Shown piece by piece: positions 37,062 through 47,400 of a stretch of 64,000 nucleotides of DNA (positions are counted from its first letter, which is position 1; each line of letters opens with the position of its first letter). Where the stretch lies: contig CATQHZ020000001.1 in the NCBI GenBank assembly GCA_958296135.2, forward strand, positions 4,512,001-4,576,000, written 5' to 3'. A program made the position numbers and the translations under genes. This DNA is from an uncultured Poribacteria bacterium. Lineage in GTDB: Bacteria; Poribacteria; WGA-4E; WGA-3G. The notes under the pieces are model-generated. The model made no database searches. It was not told where the DNA came from and saw nothing but the letters and a program-made list of their open reading frames with translations.

Positions 37062-40000
37062 CTACGGAGAAAGCGTCACCATTCCGTTCGCAGCAAGATG
37101 AAATGTCCCTTCTTGGATGAAGTTATCCAAGAGGGGACGCATCCGCTGCACCAGCGTCCTCCCTGTCGATTTGTAACCCAAGAGTTTACCGGCTTCGGTG
37201 ACGAGAGCATCCGGCGGCATGGCACCCTGTGCCTCAAGCACCCTTTTCATCGCTTCCGCGATTTCTTCATCGCATATCCACTCAATAGTGGGGTTTTCTC
37301 GTCGGCGCACCTGAAGCTCGCACGCCTCAACACGCCACAAGAAGTCGCCTCTGCGCAGCATTCGCCGATTTGCCTGCCGCTTCCGCTGCGCTTTCAAGAT
37401 GCCTGCCTCAATTGCATGCTTAATTCTCGCGCCAGCTCGCTTGACTCCCCACAGGGAACGAATTCGCAGGACCACGGCATCAACATGGACAGGGCCCTCA
37501 ACCGCTACTACCTGTTCCACCGCTATCGCAAGTTGGGAAGCGTCTTGCTCCGGTAACGTGCCGCGGATCGGGATGCCCAAGTCTGCGCATTCAACGTATG
37601 AAGTTGGTGCCGGTAGTGGCGGAGGCGGTGCCGGTCTGCTTTCCTCAGGCGGCGCCTCAGGGAGAATTTGAACGGGTTGTTCCGGAGGCGGTTCTTCAGG
37701 TATTGCGATTTTGGCGCGTTCTACCGCCGATAACAGCCGCTGTCCCGTTTCTGCACGATGACGGTACCAATCAGTAGACCAGATGCGATGAATCTTCCAT
37801 CCTAATCCCTCCAGCACTTGCTGCCGCAGCCTATCCCTATCTCGCGCCACAGGCGAACTGTGATACCGCGCGCCATCGCATTCAACGCCGAGAAGATACC
37901 GGCCCGGGGCACCCGGGTCTGTCACGGCAAGATCGATGCGGTAGCCCGCGCATCCCACCTGTTTGCTAACCGTGTAGCCGTGGTTCGTGAGGAATTCATA
38001 GACTGCGTCCTCAAACGGCGAATCAGTGTCGCCGCCTGTCGGCATCGCAGTTTGCAAGTTCCGATTTTCGGCATAATCCAAGAAGGTTTTCAGGGCCCGC
38101 ACGCCGAAAGGGGCACTCTCATCGATGTGCAGCTCGGCAGCACGGAAATTGGAGAAGACGACGCACCGCTCCCGCGAGCGCGTGATGAGCACGTTCAAAC
38201 GGCGGTGCCCACCTTCTTGGTTGAGCGGCCCGAAGTTGCGATGGAGCCGTCCTGTCCCATCCTTTCCGTAGCCGATGCTGAGGAAGATGGCATCGCGTTC
38301 GTCGCCCTGAATCGTCTCCAGATTCTTGACGAAGAAATGTTCGTCACGGGTACTGGCGAAGAAGGTCTCCATCTCTGGCTGCTGACGCAGCTGGCGCTCC
38401 ACCTCATCAAGAATCGCTTGTTGCTGTTTGCTACTGAAGGTGCCGACTCCGAGGCTTTTGTCCGGATAGTCCCGAAAATGCTGAAAAGCGGCTTGCACGA
38501 CAGCCTTCGCCTCTTCCCGATTGGCGGCGCTGCGTCCCCGGTCGTAAGTTGCATGCGGCAGATAGACAAACTTCAGTCCGAGGTGCTTCACATCTTCAAG
38601 CGGCGAAGGAAAGATGAGCAGGTTGTTGTCATAAAATTCTTGATTGGAAACGGCGATGAGCGACTCGTGCCGACTGCGATAGTGCCACTTTAACGCCTTC
38701 GTCGGAAACGCTATTTTGCAGAGGTGTAGAATGCTCTCCACATCAACGAGCGGGATGATGCCGTCTTCATCGTCCGTCTCGGTGTCGTCAACGATGCTGT
38801 CGAAAAAACGGGTGGGTGGCAGCTGGCGCGTATCGCCGATGACGACAGCTTGTTTGCCGCGTAACAGCGCGCCGAGCGCGTCCTCTGGCCGAATTTGACT
38901 CGCCTCGTCAAACACGATAACGTCAAAGTGGAGCAGACTCGGGTCGCAGAATTGCGCGACAGAGAGCGGGCTCATCATAAAGCACGGCTTGATTTTTTGG
39001 ATTAAGCCGCCGACGGTGGACAGCAGTTTTCGGATGGGCATGTGGCCGCGCTTGCGGTTAAATTGCCCTTGGAGAATGCCGACTTCGGAGTCGCGGGACG
39101 CGCCATCGATAAGCCGCGGGCGGTTTTGATGCAACCGAGCGACAAGCCGTTGTTGATTCAAGGTGAAGGAAGCACTGTCGTGCGCGCGAAAATCCGCAAT
39201 CTTTTTTTCGTGCAAGTCGCGGCTGAACCCTTGCAGCGGCAGGCGGCTCATGAACGCCTCGTGGAGGAGCGCGTCGGCGAGGTTCCCCTCAAAACAGGCA
39301 CCGAGGTCTGCAGGTTCAAGTGCCTCAATGTGTTCCAAAAGCGGCTTCGCAATCGTCTTTTCGCACGCTTTCCGCCGCATCATAAACTGTCCCCAAGCGG
39401 TAAGTTGCGAACGCGCGTGCCGCCACATGTCAAGCCGCACGCGGAGTTCCGTGAAGGAAAGGTTTTCCGCAGACTCTCCAAAGAGCCGCGTTGCATCGGT
39501 ACCGAGACGTTGAAAGAGCCGATTGCGCTGCGCCACGAACTCGTTTTCGGCGGCGGTAATTTGGGCGACAAGCGTCTCGATTTGCTTGCGCGAGATGCCT
39601 GCGTTAACGATGTCCACGGCATCTTCCCTCAAAGAGCCATCAAGCAGACAGCCGCGAAATTCAACAATCCATTCGGCAAATGCACGAAGTAAGTCTACGT
39701 CGCTATTTTCGCCGAGCCAGTGTTCGCCGAAGAGTGAGCGGCCAGCTTGTGTCAAGGCTTGCATCTCTTTTCGCAGCATGATGCAGTGCGCCAATTCCCC
39801 CAGGTCTGCAATAAGCACTGCCGGTTTTCGGGGTGCGGCTGCTTTGTAAAAACTTCGGAATTCACGGTTGATGAACCGGTAGCGGCTGTTCAAGAGGCGC
39901 AACCAACTAGCAGACAAGACTTTATACTCGTCAAGCAGACCGGCGACATCTTGTGTGAGCGCGGCTGGTGTAAACTTTGCGTTAGCCGCGGCAAGTGCAT

Positions 40001-41756
40001 TTTGCATAGCCTCAACCCCGGCAATCAACGTTGCTGCGTCTGCATTCTGCCGGTCCCACGCCGGATTCAACAGCATGTCGCGTGCAACGGGCATGGCTCT
40101 TCTCATCACGTCGGCACCTTGCTTCGCGCGAGAGAGTGTGGCGAGGGTATCAGGAAGGCGAAGTCCGCCTATATCAACGAGAGGCGTGAACGCCGCTTCT
40201 AGCGTATCCAACGCGTCCCCGCAGGTATCAATCAGCGTGTTAATTTCTCCTTCCACGAGTGGGGTGATAACACCGGGGGCGCAGCCGCGCCACGGGTGCT
40301 CCGCAATTGGCATTACGCGCGGCAGCAGCGTCGCCACATTCTCAAGTTGCAACTTCGCCGCGTCCCAATCTCCCCGGTCGCTTTCAGATGGGTTCTTGAA
40401 CCGCACCCGCATCATCTCGCGTCCGACGTTCTCGAAATGTCGCCGTGCGTTCTCCCGAATCCCGAACAGCGTATAGGGCGACTTCCCTGTCTCGCCGATA
40501 GGTTCATGCACTGCGTTGACATACGCATTGAGCTCCGCCTTCTGTGAATCGACTTTGGAAAAGAGGCTGTCCGCTTGATTTAGCCGCGGCGGCTGAGACG
40601 AGAAGACCCGTTCCAACTCTTGCAACACCTCGCGTTTATTGGACTTGTGGCTGTGCAATTCCAAACAGAAGTCACCGAGCCCCACCCGGTCCAGCCGGCT
40701 TTTCACTACTTCCAATGCGGCCATTTTTTCACTGACGAACAGGACATTTTTGCCAGCGGCGAGCAGTTCGGCGATGATATTGGTAATCGTTTGGGATTTA
40801 CCGGTGCCGGGCGGGCCCTCAACTACCAAGTTCTTGCCGGTTTTAATGTCCTCAATGACAGCAATCTGCGACGAATCCGCATCCATGACGTGATAGAAAT
40901 TCTCGCTGGCTTGCGTGTCTACCTGTTCCGGTTGAAACCCGCCGCTGCCCCCTATCCCGGTTGTCTCGCCAAAAATCGTTCCCAGTAGCGGATGGGTATC
41001 CACGGCCCACGCTTCGGGCTCCAAATCTTTATACATCACAAATTTGGTGAAACTGAAAAAATCGAGGTAAATGTCCGGCACAACGCGCCAGTTTTCCCGC
41101 CCGGATATTGCATCGTTAACAGCCTGAAAATAGGCATCAATACCCGCCTTGTCTTCGGGCGTTTCGAGCGTCGGCAATGCCACGTCTTGCTCCGCCAGTT
41201 TTGCCTCCAGAGAGAGATTCGGGGATAACTCCGCGCCACTCCAGCAAAGATTGAATCGCGTTCGCACCTTCTGGCGTTCCAATTCAACAGGGATGAGAAT
41301 AAGCGGGGCACGATGCCTACTCTCAGCACTCGCGCTCTCTGTCCACTCAAGAAAGCCGAGGGCGAGATACAGGACAGAATACCCCTGCTCATTAAAGACA
41401 GAACGCGCCTGCTGATGAATGTAATACAACCGCTTCTGGAGCGCCTCTTTGGACAACTCTGTCTGCAAAAGCCGGTCGGTGTGATGTTCCGCGGGTTCGG
41501 TATCTTCCAACCACGGCATCGGTGCAGCCTCATCCTCTTCAAACTCGGATGCCGCCTTTTCAGAAGGCTTGAATTGCATCGTCCGTTCACTGAGAACGAG
41601 GATGTCAAAAACCTCTCTCGGGATTTCGTCGATGACCGGGATGCTCCGTCGCCTGCTTGGCCGGAAATTGAGGAGACGGTTCCGGCCTGTCAAGTCGAGG
41701 AGGTTTTCCCGTGCTGCCTGCAGTTGCGCGGCAATGGTTACGTTTCTATTTTTCAT
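37062..41756 (-). CDS. DUF4011 + SF1 helicase + Vsr-like/REase + DUF3320 protein (Hhe-like antiphage candidate)
   Basis: LLDLTGRNRLLNF, GPPGTGKSQTI, FDEASQ, HYRSRHESLI, LETIQGDERD, RLNVLITR, SPFE...YRIDL...ECDG..YH...RDRLRQ..LE..GW...RIWSTDW. Confidence 0.9.
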   Translation of the reverse strand: MKNRNVTIAAQLQAARENLLDLTGRNRLLNFRPSRRRSIPVIDEIPREVFDILVLSERTMQFKPSEKAASEFEEDEAAPMPWLEDTEPAEHHTDRLLQTELSKEALQKRLYYIHQQARSVFNEQGYSVLYLALGFLEWTESASAESRHRAPLILIPVELERQKVRTRFNLCWSGAELSPNLSLEAKLAEQDVALPTLETPEDKAGIDAYFQAVNDAISGRENWRVVPDIYLDFFSFTKFVMYKDLEPEAWAVDTHPLLGTIFGETTGIGGSGGFQPEQVDTQASENFYHVMDADSSQIAVIEDIKTGKNLVVEGPPGTGKSQTITNIIAELLAAGKNVLFVSEKMAALEVVKSRLDRVGLGDFCLELHSHKSNKREVLQELERVFSSQPPRLNQADSLFSKVDSQKAELNAYVNAVHEPIGETGKSPYTLFGIRENARRHFENVGREMMRVRFKNPSESDRGDWDAAKLQLENVATLLPRVMPIAEHPWRGCAPGVITPLVEGEINTLIDTCGDALDTLEAAFTPLVDIGGLRLPDTLATLSRAKQGADVMRRAMPVARDMLLNPAWDRQNADAATLIAGVEAMQNALAAANAKFTPAALTQDVAGLLDEYKVLSASWLRLLNSRYRFINREFRSFYKAAAPRKPAVLIADLGELAHCIMLRKEMQALTQAGRSLFGEHWLGENSDVDLLRAFAEWIVEFRGCLLDGSLREDAVDIVNAGISRKQIETLVAQITAAENEFVAQRNRLFQRLGTDATRLFGESAENLSFTELRVRLDMWRHARSQLTAWGQFMMRRKACEKTIAKPLLEHIEALEPADLGACFEGNLADALLHEAFMSRLPLQGFSRDLHEKKIADFRAHDSASFTLNQQRLVARLHQNRPRLIDGASRDSEVGILQGQFNRKRGHMPIRKLLSTVGGLIQKIKPCFMMSPLSVAQFCDPSLLHFDVIVFDEASQIRPEDALGALLRGKQAVVIGDTRQLPPTRFFDSIVDDTETDDEDGIIPLVDVESILHLCKIAFPTKALKWHYRSRHESLIAVSNQEFYDNNLLIFPSPLEDVKHLGLKFVYLPHATYDRGRSAANREEAKAVVQAAFQHFRDYPDKSLGVGTFSSKQQQAILDEVERQLRQQPEMETFFASTRDEHFFVKNLETIQGDERDAIFLSIGYGKDGTGRLHRNFGPLNQEGGHRRLNVLITRSRERCVVFSNFRAAELHIDESAPFGVRALKTFLDYAENRNLQTAMPTGGDTDSPFEDAVYEFLTNHGYTVSKQVGCAGYRIDLAVTDPGAPGRYLLGVECDGARYHSSPVARDRDRLRQQVLEGLGWKIHRIWSTDWYRHRAETGQRLLSAVERAKIAIPEEPPPEQPVQILPEAPPEESRPAPPPPLPAPTSYVECADLGIPIRGTLPEQDASQLAIAVEQVVAVEGPVHVDAVVLRIRSLWGVKRAGARIKHAIEAGILKAQRKRQANRRMLRRGDFLWRVEACELQVRRRENPTIEWICDEEIAEAMKRVLEAQGAMPPDALVTEAGKLLGYKSTGRTLVQRMRPLLDNFIQEGTFHLAANGMVTLSP

Positions 41757-41787
41757 GATTTCCTATAAACATGTTCCCCTTAATCCG

Positions 41788-42390
41788 TTGTCCCTCGCAA
41801 AGCACTGAACCGCCCCACAGGCACTGAACGGCAAAAACGTCTGCTTCACCGTAGCGCGAGGGCCCGGCGATCGCGAATCGCCGAGGGTTCCCCTCGCAAA
41901 GCAATGAGCATCAAACACGTCCGCAGCACCATCCCGCAAAGCACTGAACCCCGCGCCCAACAAGCACTGAACGGCAAAAACGCACGCAGCACCGTAGCGC
42001 GAGGGCCTGTCCCTCGCAAAGCAATGAGCATCAAAAACGCACGCAGCACCAGCCCGAAAAGCAATGAACCCCGCGCCTAACAAACGCAAGCCTTTTAGAC
42101 CGGCGACTGCGAGGGACAGGCCCTCGCACTACGGTGGAAGGCACGCGGCACCTGCGAGGCACAGGCCCTCGCACTACGATGGAAGGCACGCGGCGACTGC
42201 GAGGCACAGGCCCTCGCACTACGATGGAAGGCACGCGGCGACTGCGAGGCACAGGCCCTCGCACTACGGTGGTACGGGCACGTAGGAGAGACCTCCCGGT
42301 CTCGACTCCCTGGCAGACTCGCACTACGGGGGTACGGGCGCGTAGGAGAGACCTCCCGGTCTCGACTCCCTGGCAGACCCCTCGCACTAC
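41788..42390. repeat. mosaic REP array 1 (includes about 4 x 45-bp and 2 x 60-bp tandem units)
   Basis: GTAG-footed palindromes GCGAGGG...CCCTCGC and GAGACC-TCCC-GGTCTC. Confidence 0.9.
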
Positions 42391-42400
42391 GGTGGGAGCA

Positions 42401-43588
42401 CTACCAATCCGCCTTCCTATTATCCCACAGATGCGCGTTGACAGCCTCCTCGTTCAACTCGGTGCCCCAGCCGGGGCGCGTCGGGGTTCTCATGAAGCCG
42501 TCCACGATTTCCGGGGGGTGCGTCGTCAAATCGTCTTTCCACGGGACATCGTCAATGTCTATCTCCATGATTCGCACGTTCGGTAGCACAGCGCAGAGAC
42601 TCGCGCTCATGAAGGTGGCAAGGTGGCTGTAGTAGTTGTGCGGCGCAACGTTGAGTTGATACACCTCCGCCAAATCACCAATTTTCTTCGACTGCGAAAA
42701 GCCGTTCCACGGCACGTCTATCATAAAGACATCGGCGGCGCGCGCTGCAAAATAGGGGAGATAGTCGCGCATGTAGTAGAGATTCTCGCCGGTGCAGAGC
42801 TTCGTCGTCGTGGAATCCTTAATCTGACGGATGGCTTCGGGCGAATACATATCAATCTCTAACCACAGAAGCTCGAACGGTTCCAATGCCTTAGCGATGC
42901 GCATGCACGCCTCAGGCTTAAAGTTGAAGTTGAGATCGAGGTTGATGCCGACATCCGGGCCGACAGCATCGCGGAACGTGCCGATTAAGGTGACGATATG
43001 CCGCAGCAGTCCTGGGGTGACGTTGCCATCGGTAGTGCCCTGTCCGCCGCCGAAACCACTGAAGTAGACAGAGGCCGGGTCGCCGGGGACGACGATATTC
43101 GTTTTGAGCGCGGTGAAGCCTTTCTCAACGACTTCGCGGCCGAGCGCGGCGATGTCGTCCATCGTCCTTAACGGCGGCACGCCGATGAGTTCAAAATTGC
43201 GAGCACGCGAGGAACCACAGTGGGACCAGTAGACTCGGACTTCGTCACGGGTGGGCCCGCCAAACAATTCCACGACAGAGATGCCCAACGCCCTCGCTTT
43301 GATATCGACGAGAGCACATTCTATGCCGGCGATTGCCTTCGCGGCGATGCCGCCGGGGCTCTGCCGGGAGCCACGGATCATGTCCCAAAATCGCATTTCA
43401 TACGCACCCGGGTCCCGTCCGATGAGCAAAGGCGTTAAGTCTCTGATAGTTCCAACTACGCCGTTGGGGCTTCTGCCATCGCTACATTCGCCGTAGCCGG
43501 TGATGCCTTCGTCGGTTTCAACCTTGACGAAAATCCAAGGCCGCCAGCCAGCATCGACGATAAAGGTTTCAATATTGGTAATCTTCAT
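42401..43588 (-). CDS. mandelate racemase/muconate lactonizing enzyme family (galactonate dehydratase-like)
   Basis: VKVETDEGITGYGE, GFTALK, GENLY, APHN, PGWG.ELNE. Confidence 0.9.
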   Translation of the reverse strand: MKITNIETFIVDAGWRPWIFVKVETDEGITGYGECSDGRSPNGVVGTIRDLTPLLIGRDPGAYEMRFWDMIRGSRQSPGGIAAKAIAGIECALVDIKARALGISVVELFGGPTRDEVRVYWSHCGSSRARNFELIGVPPLRTMDDIAALGREVVEKGFTALKTNIVVPGDPASVYFSGFGGGQGTTDGNVTPGLLRHIVTLIGTFRDAVGPDVGINLDLNFNFKPEACMRIAKALEPFELLWLEIDMYSPEAIRQIKDSTTTKLCTGENLYYMRDYLPYFAARAADVFMIDVPWNGFSQSKKIGDLAEVYQLNVAPHNYYSHLATFMSASLCAVLPNVRIMEIDIDDVPWKDDLTTHPPEIVDGFMRTPTRPGWGTELNEEAVNAHLWDNRKADW

Positions 43589-43648
43589 CGCTTTCTCCTT
43601 CCATTCGGATACAGAAATCCGCCCTTACAGTCTAACAGAATTTTCTCC

Positions 43649-43737
43649 GGTAGGAGGGACATCCCTGTCCCGATTTCTCCAGTAGGAGGGACATCCCTGT
43701 CCCGATTTCTCCAATAGGAGGGACATCCCTGTCCCGA
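43649..43737 (+). repeat. three tandem REP units (GTAG-GAGGGACA-TCCC-TGTCCCGA)
   Basis: Three near-identical about 31-bp units; a fourth copy at about 50678-50702. Confidence 0.9.
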
Positions 43738-43769
43738 TATAAACACCATCAACCCCAGGACGACTCCCC

Positions 43770-44768
43770 CTACCGGGGATATAGGTTTACAACTTCTCCT
43801 CGCCGATTCGATTCAAGGAGCGCATCGCAGATGCGCATCGTATTCACCGCGACGTTCGGCCAGTGTTCCTCAAGTTCTCCGGATTGCACGATGTCCGAAA
43901 ACCGCTCTATCATGGCGACTTCCTGAATGCATGTGCCGGTTTCGTGTTTGATGTTATCCGCACCGTGGATCCAGAATCGCGCCGCTTCTTCAGTTTTCGG
44001 CACGGTGAAATCGTCACAGACGATGGACGCGCGCGTGCCAGCAACCTCAAACCATTTGCGGAGCGCGGTATCAAACCCGCAATCCAGTGTGGCGATGCGT
44101 TCATCGTCAAACCAGAGGATGCCCGCGAGGTTAAAATCCACCCCGACTTTGTAGCGCGCCGTAGCAAAAACTTGCGTCGGCATCTGCTCATAAGCCCAGA
44201 GAATTGCGCGGACGCAGTAGTAACCCAAATCGCCGAGGCTGCCGCCAGCGAATTCCTTCATCGCGCGGATGTTGCCGGCAGGAACGGTATCCCAATTGAA
44301 CGTGAAAGCGGCGGTGACTCGGCGGAGTCGGCCTAACGTGCCATCGGAGAGTTTCTGCTTCATCGCAGCGGTGCGTTCGTGATGCACCCACATGACTCCA
44401 TCCATGAGTTGCACGCCGTTTTGGCGGCACGCATCCGCCATCGCAATAGCCTCACTTGCGTTCGCGGAGAGCGGTTTCTCACAGAGGACATGCTTGCCGT
44501 GTTCAGCCGCCTTGATTGTCCATGCCGCGTGGAGTGACGGCGGCAGCGGGATATAAACGGCATCAATTGTTTCGTCGGCGAGAAGCGCGTCGTAAGTGCC
44601 GTAGGCGTGTGGGACGTTATGTTTTGCTGCCCAGGCACTCGCGCGCGTCTCTTCACGACTCGCGACTGCAATAAGTTCCGCGTTCCGGGCGAGATGGAGC
44701 GCGCGGGCGACTTTCGTGGCAATATTCGCTGTGCTGAGGATGCCCCAGCGGATTTTCGGCGTTCGCAA
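43770..44768 (-). CDS. Gfo/Idh/MocA oxidoreductase (xylose dehydrogenase-like)
   Basis: IRWGILSTANIA, HVLCEKPL, GGSLGDLGYY; TTG 44768 after GGAGG. Confidence 0.92.
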   Translation of the reverse strand: MRTPKIRWGILSTANIATKVARALHLARNAELIAVASREETRASAWAAKHNVPHAYGTYDALLADETIDAVYIPLPPSLHAAWTIKAAEHGKHVLCEKPLSANASEAIAMADACRQNGVQLMDGVMWVHHERTAAMKQKLSDGTLGRLRRVTAAFTFNWDTVPAGNIRAMKEFAGGSLGDLGYYCVRAILWAYEQMPTQVFATARYKVGVDFNLAGILWFDDERIATLDCGFDTALRKWFEVAGTRASIVCDDFTVPKTEEAARFWIHGADNIKHETGTCIQEVAMIERFSDIVQSGELEEHWPNVAVNTMRICDALLESNRRGEVVNLYPR

Positions 44769-44996
44769 TGACGTTCTCCTCCGTATATCTGTCATCGCCG
44801 ATGGCAATGACTACGTTATTGGTGCTAAGCCAGACAGATACGGACATCTGTCCTTACACGTGGCGCAACAACTCAAAGTCGTCATCAGGTTTCGGTTGCG
44901 ATATTTTAGGTTTGAGGGAAAGTATACAAGATAATTGAAAATAAGTCAAGCAAGGCGCGACTATCTCCAGAGGCATTTAGTTTTCCGCCCCTTCAC

Positions 44997-45119
44997 CGTA
45001 GGGCGAGGGCCGTTACGCCGAAACGTTGTCATCTGCTGTCGAGCGTGTAGGCGTTCTGTTTACAGAACTACTGCAGATGAGCTGCAGCCTCGCTGCAGAG
45101 ATGTCCACTGTCCCTCGCC
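44997..45119 (+). repeat. REP with doubly nested loop insertion
   Basis: GTAG-GGCGAGGG[...]CCCTCGCC enclosing the 50-nt module also seen near 52946, 59212 and 61554, plus a further insert. Confidence 0.75.
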
Positions 45120-45216
45120 ATGCTCCGATTGTTACAGAACGGTAGTCACGCTATTAAGAAACAGGTTGCCCTATTTCGCTGAATTGCTTCATGAAAAAAT
45201 GTGTCACAAAATGTTG

Positions 45217-45245
45217 TTGACAAAAAATGAAAAATAGGGTATCAT
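45217..45245 (+). promoter_or_regulatory. sigma-70 promoter
   Basis: TTGACA-17 nt-TATCAT. Confidence 0.65.
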
Positions 45246-45294
45246 TTTATTTTGATTTACGAGGACATGTCAATTCAACGGAGCAGAGGTTGCA

Positions 45295-45909
45295 ATGAAC
45301 GTGAAATGTCTACACCTTCTATTGTGTGGGCTGCTGAGCGGTGCTTTCATCGCTTGCGATGCCCCGAATTCCCAAAAACGTGCGGAAGAAACGCTCGTTT
45401 TTAACGTCGATGCGACACTCCTCGAACCTGCAATAACAGATACGACGCTCAACATCACGATGGCTGCGCCGAAGGAATGGAAAAAAATTGACGATGCGCT
45501 GTTGGCAAAGGTGATAGAGCAAGTCGCACCGCATCTTAGGCAAGAGTTTGAGCTCGCACCGCGATGGATTTTCATGAACGTGCGTTCGCGCGCGATGTGT
45601 ATCGTATCACAGGTGAACGGCGTAGAGATTGCGCCGGACGACACCTTATTAGAGACGCAGGAGTCTGCCTACCGCGATGCCTTTCCAGAGGCAACGGTGG
45701 AGCGGGCAACTTTTAGAAAAGATGCTTTCCGCATCCATCAACTGATGGTAAGTGCTCCCGATTTTGTGCTGATTAAACTGATCTGCGATGCGCCGGAAAC
45801 CCTCATTTTCGAGGTGGATTACGTCGTGCCGAAGGCGGTTTATGCAGCGGAGCTGCGTGCCATCGAATCATCGCTCGGTTCTATCCATGTGAGAACCGAT
45901 TCACCTTAA
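45295..45909 (+). CDS. hypothetical lipoprotein
   Basis: Lipobox FIA-C; RBS GAGG. Confidence 0.75.
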   Translation: MNVKCLHLLLCGLLSGAFIACDAPNSQKRAEETLVFNVDATLLEPAITDTTLNITMAAPKEWKKIDDALLAKVIEQVAPHLRQEFELAPRWIFMNVRSRAMCIVSQVNGVEIAPDDTLLETQESAYRDAFPEATVERATFRKDAFRIHQLMVSAPDFVLIKLICDAPETLIFEVDYVVPKAVYAAELRAIESSLGSIHVRTDSP

Positions 45910-45926
45910 AACCTAAGGAGAACCTT

Positions 45927-46220
45927 ATGCTGACAAAAATTTCAGCTGCACTGCTGATTGTCGCGATGCTGTGTGTCATCGGCTGTGCGGCGCATATCCA
46001 CAAAGTGGGTAACGGCGCGCAAGGCACAGAACTCATGGCGGAGCGGCAATGGTATGTCCTGTGGGGCATAGTCCCAATTAACGATGTTGATTCACACGCT
46101 ATGGCCGCAGGGGCTACCGATTACGAAATTGTAACCGAGTACACCCTGATTGATGGCATTATCAACGTCTTCACCGGGGCCGTCACAGTTCAATGTCGGA
46201 CGGTGGCTGTTCAGAAATAA
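45927..46220 (+). CDS. Bor/Iss-like small lipoprotein
   Basis: Lipobox VIG-C, QWYVLWGIVP, DGIIN.FT...RTV.V; RBS AAGGAG. Confidence 0.78.
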   Translation: MLTKISAALLIVAMLCVIGCAAHIHKVGNGAQGTELMAERQWYVLWGIVPINDVDSHAMAAGATDYEIVTEYTLIDGIINVFTGAVTVQCRTVAVQK

Positions 46221-46275
46221 CCGTTCGCGGATTCAGGAGGTAAAGCCTGTGTCCATTGGCGCGGGCTTTGCTTCT

Positions 46276-47400
46276 CTACCGCCGCGATGCCATATCAAAC
46301 CCCACCGCCGCCACCAGCACGATACCTTTAATAATATCCTGCCATGAAGCATCCATGTTCGCCATGCTCATCCCATTGTTGAGGCTCTCCATAACGAGCG
46401 CGCCTAAAAGGGCACCGAAAATACTCCCGCGTCCCCCCATCAGACTCGCCCCGCCGATAACGCACGCGGCGATGGCATCTAATTCAAGCAACCGCCCTGC
46501 CTCCGGGCTCGCACTGCCGACGCGCGCTGTCAGCACAACGCCAGCAATCGCCATCAACGCACCCATCGTCGCGAAAACGCGAAGCGTAATGCCTCGGACG
46601 TTGACACCAGAGAGATATGCCGCCTCCGCATTCCCGCCGACAGCGTAGACATAACGGCCGAAACGGGTGCGGTTCGCAATAAAATGGAAGACGAACGCAA
46701 GCCCAAACAGAACACACACCGGAATCGGGATACCTTTGTGCGCATTCATGACGGCAACAAACGCTACGATAAGCAACACTGTGCCACCCATTCTCATCAG
46801 AAACATGAGCCGAGAGGATGGAGAACTATCGCCGGAAAGCGGAGTGAATGCGTCAAAATCGGATGATTGCCAAATCCGCACAACAACCACAACCACGGCA
46901 ATTAGCATTAACCCCCACCCAACTGACTGCGGCAGGTAAGCGTTACCGATTGACTTTAACCAATTGTCCGGTAGGAGAATGGTTTCTCCTCTCGTGAAAG
47001 CTAACATCAAGCCGCGATAGACAAGAAACCCGCCTAAGGTGACGATAAACGCCGGCACGCGCTGATACGCCACGAGGTATCCCTGCATCAGTCCCATCAG
47101 GATACCCAGGCAGATGACAGCGAGGAGCGTCAACACAATCGGTTGCCCCCACCAAACGTGCAGAATCGCGGCGACAGCACCGAGTAAACCGGAACCAAAT
47201 CCAACGGAGAGATCGATGTTAGCAGACACGATTACCAGCACCATCCCTACGGCAAGGATGGCCGTCACCGCCGCTTGGCGCGAGAGATTGGATAGATTTC
47301 GGGTGCTGAGGAAGGTGCCGCCTGTCAGCAACGTGAAAATTACCCAGACACAAACGAGGGCAATTACCATCGCATACAGGCGGAAATGTGTAAATCTCAT
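46276..47400 (-). CDS. sugar ABC transporter permease (XylH/GguB-like)
   Basis: IDLSVG, PAFIVTLGG, RFGRYVYAVGGN.EAA.LSG, ELDAIAACVIGG. Confidence 0.92.
   Translation of the reverse strand: MRFTHFRLYAMVIALVCVWVIFTLLTGGTFLSTRNLSNLSRQAAVTAILAVGMVLVIVSANIDLSVGFGSGLLGAVAAILHVWWGQPIVLTLLAVICLGILMGLMQGYLVAYQRVPAFIVTLGGFLVYRGLMLAFTRGETILLPDNWLKSIGNAYLPQSVGWGLMLIAVVVVVVRIWQSSDFDAFTPLSGDSSPSSRLMFLMRMGGTVLLIVAFVAVMNAHKGIPIPVCVLFGLAFVFHFIANRTRFGRYVYAVGGNAEAAYLSGVNVRGITLRVFATMGALMAIAGVVLTARVGSASPEAGRLLELDAIAACVIGGASLMGGRGSIFGALLGALVMESLNNGMSMANMDASWQDIIKGIVLVAAVGFDMASRR

Noticed and set aside
42101-42390. CRISPR-like regular repeats (also 43649-43737 and 58891-59125)
   Set aside because: Intervening sequences are repeated rather than unique, units carry GTAG REP feet, and no cas genes are present.
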